Virus record (IMG/VR): IMGVR_UViG_3300024331_000002
Coordinates: 1-44,584 of that record
Length of the DNA stretch: 44,584 nt
From: a virus
Taxonomy: Duplodnaviria > Caudoviricetes
Strand: one strand, 5' to 3'
Positions 10,195 through 18,538 of the stretch are shown here, in pieces. Position numbers and translations under genes: made by a program. Each line of letters opens with the position of its first letter. The first letter of the stretch is position 1. The notes beneath the pieces were generated by a model. It searched no databases. It saw only the letters and a list, made by a program, of their open reading frames with translations, and was not told where the DNA came from.

Positions 10195-11523
10195 TTACCC
10201 GAAGATGCCGGTCGGGATTGCCGCGTTGCTGATCACTGCGCCAGCGCGGACGTTACTGTTGAACACGTTGCCGCTCCAGACAAAGTAGAAGATCGTCGAA
10301 GCGTTGATGCCGCCCGAAGGACCGATGGTCGGGAACACGGTCTGCCCGTTCACGTCGTACAGATCGGACGCCTTGAGTTCGCCGAGTCCCCAATACTTCA
10401 GGCACAGCGCGTCAATGCGACCGGGTAGCGCGTGAACCGAACGAACGATGTCGTAGCCGACAAACGTGCTCGGGGTGTATTTCTTCAGCATATCCTGGGA
10501 GCTGTCTCCCTTGATTTCCTGCTGGTTTGTGATGGCCACCTGCACGGCCAGGTTCTCCACCGCCGCCGCCTGGTCCACGTTCATGTACCAGATCAGATCC
10601 GCCAGCGCCGGGGATTCCGTCCCCAATGCCAAGCTGATCTTGCTGGTCACGAACCGGCCAGTGGCTTCGGTAATGAACGCGCCGCCAAGATTGACAAGCG
10701 GGGTGGACAGCCGGCCGGGGAAGCTCGCGCGGCTTAGGCCGTTGAGCGTTCCCGAGTTGCCGTTCACCTGGTACGCGCGAATGCCCATGATCGAGGTGCC
10801 CGCGCCACCGGTTGCTCCGTTGATGACGAGCAAGTCGTTGGCTGTGGTTCCCGGAGGCAAAGCATCGGCGCTGAAGATGGTATTGGTGACACCATCCACA
10901 AAGGTGATCTGGAACGATCCGCGGCTTACGCCGCCTACGCTCGGGAACACCTGCACCACTTGGTTGTCGTAGAACTGGTTGGCGTTGACGCAGACAATGT
11001 TGCTGAACGAAGGACCCGCAGAACCGGTCCCCGAGTTCGCCGTAACTACGGTGTCGAGCGTTCCAGAGCCATCGCCCTGGAGGTCAGCATCGAGGTTGGA
11101 CTTGAACTGCTCGAGGGTGTGCGTGAACTCCGTGGCCTTAACGTTGACGCGGGACTTCTTGCCGGAATCGGTAGACCATTGCGCTTGCGCGGTGATTTCG
11201 CACGCTTCCGCAAAGGAAACGGGCAAAAGGAACTGCGCTGCGTAGGCCGAGCCGGTGCCGCGACCCATGTCGCCGCCATCTGCCTGGAACTGCAAGTGAG
11301 CCGAGCCCGCCTTGATGCGCATCGGAATGCGCAGCGACGGACGGCCCGTAGGATCGAAGGTGGAACCGGTAGAACCGCCCGTGCTGGTGGACATGGGCAG
11401 AACGCGGCCAGCCTTTTTCAAGCGGGAGAAGAAGGTGTCTTCGGTGAGCATCAGGTCGGGAATTTCTTCCCGCACTGTCTCAAGCTCGACAGCTTCAACA
11501 GCCGCTTCGTTAAGTGCAGCCAT
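10195..11523 (-). CDS. Major capsid protein (HK97 fold)
   Basis: 442 aa, GAGG SD, downstream of portal and scaffold. Motifs ADGGDMGRG, LQGDGSG, GLSRA..PG.L; followed by a hairpin. Confidence 0.88.
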   Translation of the reverse strand: MAALNEAAVEAVELETVREEIPDLMLTEDTFFSRLKKAGRVLPMSTSTGGSTGSTFDPTGRPSLRIPMRIKAGSAHLQFQADGGDMGRGTGSAYAAQFLLPVSFAEACEITAQAQWSTDSGKKSRVNVKATEFTHTLEQFKSNLDADLQGDGSGTLDTVVTANSGTGSAGPSFSNIVCVNANQFYDNQVVQVFPSVGGVSRGSFQITFVDGVTNTIFSADALPPGTTANDLLVINGATGGAGTSIMGIRAYQVNGNSGTLNGLSRASFPGRLSTPLVNLGGAFITEATGRFVTSKISLALGTESPALADLIWYMNVDQAAAVENLAVQVAITNQQEIKGDSSQDMLKKYTPSTFVGYDIVRSVHALPGRIDALCLKYWGLGELKASDLYDVNGQTVFPTIGPSGGINASTIFYFVWSGNVFNSNVRAGAVISNAAIPTGIFG

Positions 11524-11713
11524 TGGCTACACCTCTGGTATGGACTTACTCGCTGCGGTTCGCGGTCCCTGAGCCGCCAGCATCGCTCTTGCTGAGTGGG
11601 TGTGCGTGTAGTGACCCGCCGTAGCGGGGTAATGCATCCGTTCGCTCTAGGTCCAGTCGTAGGCTTTTAGAGTGGCGTCCTGTCCACTTACTGGTTCCCG
11701 AGGAACGAGAATC
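11524..11713 (-). ncRNA. Putative structured 5' leader RNA of the capsid gene
   Basis: 190-nt gap in an otherwise overlap-packed operon. Contains a c(UACG)g tetraloop hairpin (11615-11628), a GTTCC/GGAAC hairpin, and nested CCAGT/ACTGG and AGTGG/CCACT helices. Confidence 0.45.
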
Positions 11714-12073
11714 TTATTTGGGCTCCCAATGATTGCAGCAGCCCTCAAACTCAACAAAACCTTCAACCTTTCGACACGGGCCGCGCGCGCCATTTCCGCC
11801 GCCGTAGTATTCGCAGGAGCCGCAGTGTGTCGGCCCGGTCTCAACGTAGCCTGAGACTTTCTGAGAGACTTTGCTTTCAGGTTCTTCGCGACCATTGACG
11901 AATAGTCCGCATATCCCGTGCGCCGCATTGATTCGGCCTTCCACTTCGCGGCATGAGCCAGATCCGCCAGCGCCTTCAATGAACTTCCAGCAATCGCCGC
12001 AATGCGCGCCGACTGCGGAGCCAAGAACGGGAGCCGGAAAGTAGAGAACAATGGCCTTATCGAGCTTGTCCAT
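11714..12073 (-). CDS. Tandem two-domain HiPIP-like (high-potential iron-sulfur) protein
   Basis: C25-x2-C28-x12-C41-x13-C55 and C84-x2-C87-x12-C100-x12-C113, each with an upstream Tyr and C..VEG.(I/V)...G.C..(F/W). The ATG directly abuts the scaffold stop. Confidence 0.72.
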   Translation of the reverse strand: MDKLDKAIVLYFPAPVLGSAVGAHCGDCWKFIEGAGGSGSCREVEGRINAAHGICGLFVNGREEPESKVSQKVSGYVETGPTHCGSCEYYGGGNGARGPCRKVEGFVEFEGCCNHWEPK

Positions 12074-13309
12074 TTACCACTTCGCTTGACGGCCATTCTT
12101 GAGCCATGCCGAACCGTGCGTCCTCGAGCCAAGGAACGTCGCCTTATCCGTCTTGGCAAAATCCACATCGCCAATCTTGGGGCGTCCTGCGACCGCTTGA
12201 GGAACCGCCCCTGCCTTGGGAGCGGGCCGCGATGCTGGCCGGCCGTTCGATGTGCCGATGAGGTTAAAGTCTCGCAGTACCGTCTGCACCGCCTTGCTCA
12301 TCTGGCGCTGGGCATTGCTGACGATGAACGAAATAGCCTTGTCGCGGTCACGCTGGCCCATCACTGCTTCGTAGCGCTTCGAGTAATCACCGGTATTGAT
12401 GAGCCGCTTCAGTTCTTCGGTGATCTGCCCACGCACTCGATTGCCCTGGTCAGGACTGGCGAACCGCTTCCCGCGCATCAGCTTGGCGATTTCCTGATTC
12501 ATGGTGCGGCCAACCTGCGTATTGACATCTGAGCGAACTGATCCGTAGAAGGCTTTCTTGTCGCGCTCGGCAATATCCTTCTCGCGCTGGTCAAGTTCGG
12601 ATTCGCGGGCTTGGTAGGGATTCTCTTTGCTGCGCCGCGCCAGTCCCTTCATGTCGCTGAGGAACTTGGTAAGCGCGTTGAAGTGCTTTACCGCGTCTTC
12701 TGGCTTGTTGCCGGTAAGTGCCTCGCCGAGCTGCTGGACTGCCGCGAAGACTCCGTACTTCTCGAAGATGGCATCGGCCACGCCAGAGCCGATCTGGTCA
12801 TAGCGCACCTCGTCCATCTTGGCCAGCTTGTCGAGAGCCGCTGGGATTAGCCGCTTGAAACCGTCCGGGTAATCCTGCGCCCAGCCGTCGATAACCTTGG
12901 GATCGCCACGTTCAAAGCCCTGCTCCAGCGCGCGGCCGGCCTGGACCTCTTCGGCTAGCTGAGTGACGCCTTCGATGCCGCCGTGTAGTTCTACCGCTTC
13001 TTTGAGCGCGGTGAGTTCTTGCGTCGTGCCGAGCTTGTCAACGCCTTGGACTTTCCAGTAGGCGCGCTCGAACGCTTTCGCTGCGGCGGGATCGACTTCC
13101 CTGATCTTGGCGAGGTGGGCTTTGAAGTCTTTGGTTCCATAGCGGCCATCTCTTTGACTATCCGCCTCATCGCCTCCCTGCCCATCAACTCGAGGAGTTG
13201 CCTCGTCTTCTCCACTTCCGCCAACATCCGCGCTACTGACGTCTTCGGTTGATACATCGGCTGCTCCCTGATCTTCTACTGCGTCCAGTACCATCTCTTC
13301 GCCGTCCAT
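12074..13309 (-). CDS. Capsid scaffolding protein
   Basis: Acidic disordered N-terminus, helical/coiled-coil body, basic Pro-rich C-terminus; lies between portal and capsid. Confidence 0.7.
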   Translation of the reverse strand: MDGEEMVLDAVEDQGAADVSTEDVSSADVGGSGEDEATPRVDGQGGDEADSQRDGRYGTKDFKAHLAKIREVDPAAAKAFERAYWKVQGVDKLGTTQELTALKEAVELHGGIEGVTQLAEEVQAGRALEQGFERGDPKVIDGWAQDYPDGFKRLIPAALDKLAKMDEVRYDQIGSGVADAIFEKYGVFAAVQQLGEALTGNKPEDAVKHFNALTKFLSDMKGLARRSKENPYQARESELDQREKDIAERDKKAFYGSVRSDVNTQVGRTMNQEIAKLMRGKRFASPDQGNRVRGQITEELKRLINTGDYSKRYEAVMGQRDRDKAISFIVSNAQRQMSKAVQTVLRDFNLIGTSNGRPASRPAPKAGAVPQAVAGRPKIGDVDFAKTDKATFLGSRTHGSAWLKNGRQAKW

Positions 13310-13330
13310 TTATCCCTGCCTTTCTCCCTG

Positions 13331-15805
13331 TTATTGAACCTTCTCCGTCGCTGGCTTTCCCTGTAACCGCGCGGCGGCTTGTTGCGCTTTCTCGTCCTTG
13401 TCCTGCTGCTCTTTCATCTGCATCTGGCCCAAATCAAGATGAATGCCAGCCTGTCCAGCCATTTGCACCTTACCTTCAGGTGGCAAATCCTTGAGCGAGA
13501 TGGACTCAGCCGGAGGCTTAGGCGGTGGCGGAGGCGCTTGCTGGGCCTGCAAAGCCGCAGCGTGCTCGTCGTAGTGCGTCTCGACGTTCTGGAAGCCTTG
13601 CGGATTTTCTTTGGCCGCGCGAATGCCTTCCGGTGTGTTGGCCCACGTCTCGATTTCGTTCATGTGCTCGGCGTGCTTGTCGAACTTGCCGATCGGTACG
13701 GTCGAGACAAGCTGCGGAGGCATTTGCTGCTGGATCTGCTGAGCCGCTTGAGGCGGAATCTGGACGCCGCTCGCTTGCGCCGCCTGCGCCGCCTCAGCGA
13801 TCTTTTGCTGCGCCTCGGCAAACTGGGGGTTAGGTTCCGGGGCAGACTGCAAAAGGATGGTAATCTCGCCAAGCTGCTTCTCGGACGAGTCGGCGCCAGG
13901 AATGACCATCTCCGGCAAGCCAGCCTTGTCCTTGGCCAGCATCATATTGCGCGCTGTCGAGAGAATCTTGGCCAGGACGGGGTTCTTCTCGGCCATCGCA
14001 ATCACGTTGTTCCAAATCGCGCGCTTGGCAACCCAACTCTCTGGGAAGTTGTCATCCTGATCAGGGAAGCAGCGAATGTTGCCCTTCAAGTCGTTCGGGT
14101 CAATGGCCAGCTTCTGCATCTGCTTGCCTTGTCCGGGAACCGAACCGGTCATGGCGTCTTCGCGGTACTCTGCCGCGGCCATGACTGCCTGACGAATGGT
14201 CGAAGCGTAGCCTGCGCGGATGTTGCGCCATGTCAGTCCTATACGTCCCAGAGCCTGATCACGCTGAATCGTGATTCCGCCCAGCGTGTCGTTGCCTCCG
14301 GTGTCGCCGCCGAACAGCGCTGGCGAGCCGCCAGACAGGAATTGCGGCGCCTCGCCAAACAGCCATTGCAGATAAGCCATCATGCCTTCGGCTATCTGGA
14401 TCTGCGGCTCGACAAAGAAGTTTTGGCTGATTTCTCGCGTGGCCGACTTGGGAGCCTTGAGGTATTGGCCAGGCTTGCGTTCTGCGTCATTCAATGCGTT
14501 GGCATCGATTCCAGGATCTAGCCACACTCGCGGAATTAAGTGCATGAACGACTCATGCATCAGGTCCACGACGTCGTTCACCTTGTCCTGGATCGGCACT
14601 ACCGGACTGCCAAGGCTTGGCCTGTGGGCGCCGTCGCCGGACCGTGCGTGGATCATCGTCCAGCAGTCATCCATCGACTCGTTGCGCTGCTCGCACAATG
14701 CTTGCCCGCACATCACTGCCATCAAGCCTTTGGGGAACTCCTGATACAGCCAGGCCCTCAGCTCGTCGTCTTCCTCTTCGGTGAAGAACTCCGGCCTGAC
14801 CCAAGTCCGTTGCTTGGTGGCGTTGTAGGTCATCGAGTCCGAAGTCATCGCACTCGGACGCATACCCATCATGATCGAGGTGCGCGCCAGGCGTTCGTAT
14901 TCGGACTCCGACGTAGGTGACACGCCAGCCTTGATTTCGTCGGCCTTGTCGGGATACTCCGTCTTTAGCTTGGTGATGTCCCATTCCTTGGAATGTTGCA
15001 GATAGGGCGTCTCAGGCAGGCTATTCGACTGCACAGCAACCTTGACCTCTAGCGTGCCATAAGCCGAGACAACCTCGGAGCCTCGAGGAACACCCAGCGG
15101 AGCATCTCCTTGCTCTGGCGGAGGACCGGTTTCGCCCTCTTCCGGCAGGTAGCTGATTTCTTCTTCGGCCTCCGATAGGCCTGGATTGCTGTATCCGAAA
15201 CGCTGGCCGTCAAGGATATGGCGAGCCTCGAGGAACGAAACCGCGTCCGTGTACAGGAAGCGGTCCACGTCGGCAAGGATCACCTGCATGTCGTTGTTGC
15301 GTTCGATCAGCTGGCGGGCTTTGTCAGCGTTCTCAGAAGCGGAGATGTCTGCGGCGTTGGTGGGATCTTCGGGCTCGAAGCGCACGCTCGGCAATGACGC
15401 TGTAAGCGCAGCCACAAGAATGTCTTGAAAGCCCAGATATATGTTGGTCTCATCGGAGCGGTCGTTGTAGCTCTGCCCGCCCGCCATGACCATGCTGGGC
15501 GTGATCCACGTACCCTTCGGCCCTGGCAGGAGGTGCTGGTTGCCGCGGCCGTAATATCGTTGCTTCCAGGCATCGCGGACTTGCAGGCGCCGACTGACCA
15601 GATCGCGCTGCGCTACCTTGGAGCACAGCGCCTTGATGCAATTACGTTTCTGCTGGGCCTGCTCGTCATCGTCAGGTATTTCAACCTTGGCGTTGGTTGC
15701 GTCGGTCGCGCACAGCTCGCCAGGCTGGAACTGTTGTTCCTGCTGATCCTGTGTTTCGTCGTTCTGGGCGCCGGGAGAGGCTTGGAGTTCTTCAGTGTTT
15801 GGCAA
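13331..15805 (-). CDS. Portal protein (P22/podovirus-like, long Gln/Pro-rich C-terminus)
   Basis: 824 aa, TTG start, downstream of TerL. Motifs PSVRFEP..P...D..A, PIQDKVND, TLGGITIQRDQA and FDKHAEH. Confidence 0.88.
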   Translation of the reverse strand: MPNTEELQASPGAQNDETQDQQEQQFQPGELCATDATNAKVEIPDDDEQAQQKRNCIKALCSKVAQRDLVSRRLQVRDAWKQRYYGRGNQHLLPGPKGTWITPSMVMAGGQSYNDRSDETNIYLGFQDILVAALTASLPSVRFEPEDPTNAADISASENADKARQLIERNNDMQVILADVDRFLYTDAVSFLEARHILDGQRFGYSNPGLSEAEEEISYLPEEGETGPPPEQGDAPLGVPRGSEVVSAYGTLEVKVAVQSNSLPETPYLQHSKEWDITKLKTEYPDKADEIKAGVSPTSESEYERLARTSIMMGMRPSAMTSDSMTYNATKQRTWVRPEFFTEEEDDELRAWLYQEFPKGLMAVMCGQALCEQRNESMDDCWTMIHARSGDGAHRPSLGSPVVPIQDKVNDVVDLMHESFMHLIPRVWLDPGIDANALNDAERKPGQYLKAPKSATREISQNFFVEPQIQIAEGMMAYLQWLFGEAPQFLSGGSPALFGGDTGGNDTLGGITIQRDQALGRIGLTWRNIRAGYASTIRQAVMAAAEYREDAMTGSVPGQGKQMQKLAIDPNDLKGNIRCFPDQDDNFPESWVAKRAIWNNVIAMAEKNPVLAKILSTARNMMLAKDKAGLPEMVIPGADSSEKQLGEITILLQSAPEPNPQFAEAQQKIAEAAQAAQASGVQIPPQAAQQIQQQMPPQLVSTVPIGKFDKHAEHMNEIETWANTPEGIRAAKENPQGFQNVETHYDEHAAALQAQQAPPPPPKPPAESISLKDLPPEGKVQMAGQAGIHLDLGQMQMKEQQDKDEKAQQAAARLQGKPATEKVQ

Positions 15806-15847
15806 AGCTATTCGTTTCTGCCCAACCTCATTCCTATAGGGGCAGAA

Positions 15848-16012
15848 TTATTTCTGTTTCATCCACTGCGTTGATTTACGAGGCGATGCGTGCTCTGGCA
15901 GCTTCTTGCCCTTGCTGGCGGAGTTCCACTCGGCAACGTCCACACCCTGCTTCTCCAGCTCTTTCTTGTGGATATTGAAGTACGCCGCTTGTGCCTTCGA
16001 GGAGTACGGCAT
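15848..16012 (-). CDS. Small basic protein, 54 aa (MPYSSKAQ... type); absent from the ORF track
   Basis: TAATG coupling; MPYSSKAQAAYFNIHKKELEKQGVDVAEWNSASKGKKLPEHASPRKSTQWMKQK. Confidence 0.75.
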   Translation of the reverse strand: MPYSSKAQAAYFNIHKKELEKQGVDVAEWNSASKGKKLPEHASPRKSTQWMKQK

Positions 16013-16422
16013 TAGTCCATGAAGCTGGGAGCGTGAGTCTTGGGCAACTGCTCCATATCGTCGCGCTCGCCAGCCCGATCCTCGGAATCTTCGCCCATCT
16101 GCGCGTGGTCTCCGTCTTCGTCCATTGCGTGCTGGCCGTGCTCGTGGGCCTCTTCGAGGCTGGCATGGTCCTTGTGATGGACGTGCCCTGACTCGTGATG
16201 CGTCTCGCTCATGTGCCCGTGCTCGTTCTTCTTGATTACATGGGTGTGCGCCGGGCCGTGCTCCGCCACAACCTGCTTGATCTCGTCGTGGCCGTCAGGG
16301 TCGTGCGCGCCACCAGATTCCCCGCCTTCTGGCTTGGGCTTCTGGCTCTTGTGCTTGTCGTAGCTGCCCACCATCTGCACGTTGCCGCTCATCTTGCCGT
16401 CTGCTGAAGTCATTCCACGCAT
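16012..16422 (-). CDS. His-rich acidic protein (putative metal binding)
   Basis: 19 His in 136 aa, clustered in HGPAHTH, HGHMSETHHESGHVHHKDH and HEHGQH; AAGGAG SD. Confidence 0.8.
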   Translation of the reverse strand: MRGMTSADGKMSGNVQMVGSYDKHKSQKPKPEGGESGGAHDPDGHDEIKQVVAEHGPAHTHVIKKNEHGHMSETHHESGHVHHKDHASLEEAHEHGQHAMDEDGDHAQMGEDSEDRAGERDDMEQLPKTHAPSFMD

Positions 16423-16718
16423 TAGTTCGCTCCTTTAGCGATTGCCGCTTCTTTCTGCTCGTCAGTCATGGATTCCCATTCATCCTTAACTTGCTTCCAG
16501 GGCTTCTTGGATGGCTCTTTGGGTGGCTCGACTACGGTCTGCTCGATCGGCGTGCGGGCCGCGTAATCCCTGGCTATCTCGTTGCCATGCTTGAAGGTAG
16601 CCAGCTCCAGGCGCTCGACTTTGCCCTTCAGGAACGCATACTCAGCGCGCGCAAAGGCCACTTCGCCCTTGAGGTAATCGATGAACTCGCGCTCAACGCT
16701 GGCTAGTTTCTTCGCCAC
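16422..16718 (-). CDS. Hypothetical coiled-coil protein
   Basis: 98 aa, overlaps the end of TerL, coupled to the next gene. Confidence 0.7.
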   Translation of the reverse strand: MAKKLASVEREFIDYLKGEVAFARAEYAFLKGKVERLELATFKHGNEIARDYAARTPIEQTVVEPPKEPSKKPWKQVKDEWESMTDEQKEAAIAKGAN

Positions 16719-18196
16719 GGAGCGTTCCTCTGGGCCACTGGAATGAAGATGTCACTGCTGGTCGGCTGCGCCTGAATACGCAGGTACTCCAGGTACTTCT
16801 GCGTGTTGTCTGGTATCGCTTTGATTAGCAAGTCGTTCTGCACTTCTCTGGGCACCGGCCGGGGATTGAAGTAGCTCATCAATCCGTAGCGGCAGGCTTC
16901 CATCACGTCAAGAAATAGTTCATTACCTTCCCGAGCAGCGTCTTCCAAGTCCTTTTCGTCTCGCATGAGCTGCGGGAAGGAGTCGATGAGGTCTCGACAA
17001 TTAGCTCCCACGACGAATCCCTCAGTATCCAGTAGTGTGTAGATGAGCCGCCAGCCTCCGACACGGTCATTGTTGGCTCGCTCTGGGCGGGGCAGTCCTC
17101 GGGAAGCCAGAACGTCACCCATTCTGTCGGCAATAGTGTGTTCTTCGTTGACCCGGTTGAATCGCTCCGGCGAGAGGTAGACATTGGCTATCTTGTCTCC
17201 GTCGTTGAACTTGGCAATCTCTTCTGCGAGCGTAGCCTCATTAATTCCGCGCCTAACCAGCTCGCGGTAGCATACGATGCGTTCAGCTTTCTCGCCGAGA
17301 GTGTTCTCGACTTGCGCGACCGTGAACCAAAGAACGCAGGTGGCGTGGTTGAATCCCCAATCGATACCGATCCAGCGCGGCTGCCAATCCTGAAACTCAA
17401 TGTCTTTAATTTGCTTTCTGTGCCGCTCGAGGTCCCAGTTGGGGTAGAACTGCCCTGCGAGGACATCCCAGCTTCCTTCAAGCCAGGCTGCCCTGAGCGC
17501 TGGCGGCAAGCTGCTGAGCCCGTTGATGTAGTCGGCATCGTTAGCGTATATGGGATTGTCTGCGAAGGTTGAGTGGATGACTTCATAGTCTTTCGGGTTG
17601 TAGGTCAGGTCTTCTATGCCGGCAGGCAGCTTTTTGGCGATCCACAGAGCCTTGACCCATCCTGAGCCAATGCCGTTAGGATTCGTCCCGCCAGCCATTC
17701 GCGCTCGAGGCTTGTCTCCATAGATGTCCAGAGGGACAGGACAACGGTTGCTTCCCTTGATGAAAGCCCACTGTGGATAAGTGAACTGTGTAAGTTCATC
17801 CCAGCCGACATACAGATATTCAGGACCTTGGTATTGCTTGAGGTCGGCATCGGACTTGATGTGCCCGAAGAACAGGTTGGATCTATTGTGGAAGTGGACG
17901 GTGTGCTTCTGCCCGTTGTACTGGCGGTAGATCCCTTTAGGCACATACTTCAGAAAGTGATCCTCAATGCCGCCCATCTCCGCAGACTTGAGGATTCTGC
18001 GCAGGAGCAGGTTGTTCGAGCCGGGAACGGTGAGCGCGGTTCGAATGCCTTCCCAGAGCAGCGCAATCGTCTTCCCTCCGCCGCGCGTCCCTTCCTGGAG
18101 TGGATACCTTGCTGGGCTGGCATGGAATTGATGCTGTGGCCCCCACTCAGCGCCGTGATCAGGTTGGTAAAAATCACCAATATTGATCTCAGACAT
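16703..18196 (-). CDS. terL: Terminase large subunit
   Basis: Q-motif (PQHQFH), Walker A GTRGGGKT, Walker B YVGWDE, coupling motif GTNP, RNase H-like GIDWG and NDRVGGW. Confidence 0.96.
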   Translation of the reverse strand: MSEINIGDFYQPDHGAEWGPQHQFHASPARYPLQEGTRGGGKTIALLWEGIRTALTVPGSNNLLLRRILKSAEMGGIEDHFLKYVPKGIYRQYNGQKHTVHFHNRSNLFFGHIKSDADLKQYQGPEYLYVGWDELTQFTYPQWAFIKGSNRCPVPLDIYGDKPRARMAGGTNPNGIGSGWVKALWIAKKLPAGIEDLTYNPKDYEVIHSTFADNPIYANDADYINGLSSLPPALRAAWLEGSWDVLAGQFYPNWDLERHRKQIKDIEFQDWQPRWIGIDWGFNHATCVLWFTVAQVENTLGEKAERIVCYRELVRRGINEATLAEEIAKFNDGDKIANVYLSPERFNRVNEEHTIADRMGDVLASRGLPRPERANNDRVGGWRLIYTLLDTEGFVVGANCRDLIDSFPQLMRDEKDLEDAAREGNELFLDVMEACRYGLMSYFNPRPVPREVQNDLLIKAIPDNTQKYLEYLRIQAQPTSSDIFIPVAQRNAPWRRN

Positions 18197-18533
18197 GGTT
18201 GGGACGTGGGATGGCTCCGAGGTTGACGTTTACGCTCATGCCCGCTTCGCTTTGTTCCTGCGGGAGAACGCCGGTAGCGCGAAGGACTATCGTTGCTTCT
18301 GCGGTTTTGTGCTTGTCGAGCGCGTGCTCGAAAGCCTTGATCGACTTCGGGATTAGCTCGTACAGGCTAGTTTTACCTGCCCTTGCCAATTCGCTTAACT
18401 CTGCGTCTTCCAGAATGCGCGTGACCGTATTCCTGGCTATTGATAAGTCTTGCGCAATCTGTGACTTAGAGTCGCCATTCATTGATTTAGCGATGACCGC
18501 TGCTTGAACAGCAGGCGGCTTGTTGCTCGGCAT
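18189..18533 (-). CDS. terS: Terminase small subunit (HTH)
   Basis: N-terminal HTH (GDSKSQIAQDLSIARNTVTRIL), C-terminal beta strand, overlaps the TerL start; start taken at ATG 18533. Confidence 0.75.
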   Translation of the reverse strand: MPSNKPPAVQAAVIAKSMNGDSKSQIAQDLSIARNTVTRILEDAELSELARAGKTSLYELIPKSIKAFEHALDKHKTAEATIVLRATGVLPQEQSEAGMSVNVNLGAIPRPNHV

Positions 18534-18538
18534 CCCTG

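Noticed and set aside
10153-10230. Programmed frameshift or readthrough extending the capsid protein
   Set aside because: No slippery heptamer near the TAA, and the downstream ORF has its own ATG.
11647-12174. 175-aa alternative minus-strand ORF overlapping the HiPIP-like gene
   Set aside because: No motifs, overlaps the scaffold, and the other frame has a clear duplicated Cys pattern with perfect gene coupling.
13379-14521. 380-aa plus-strand ORF and many other long antisense ORFs
   Set aside because: These are shadows of GC-rich minus-strand genes such as the portal, with L/R/V-biased composition and no motifs.
876-18196. Alternative genetic code, intron or intein in core genes
   Set aside because: Core genes are full length under code 11, all three stop codons end genes, and TerL, portal and MCP show no intein motifs or interruptions.
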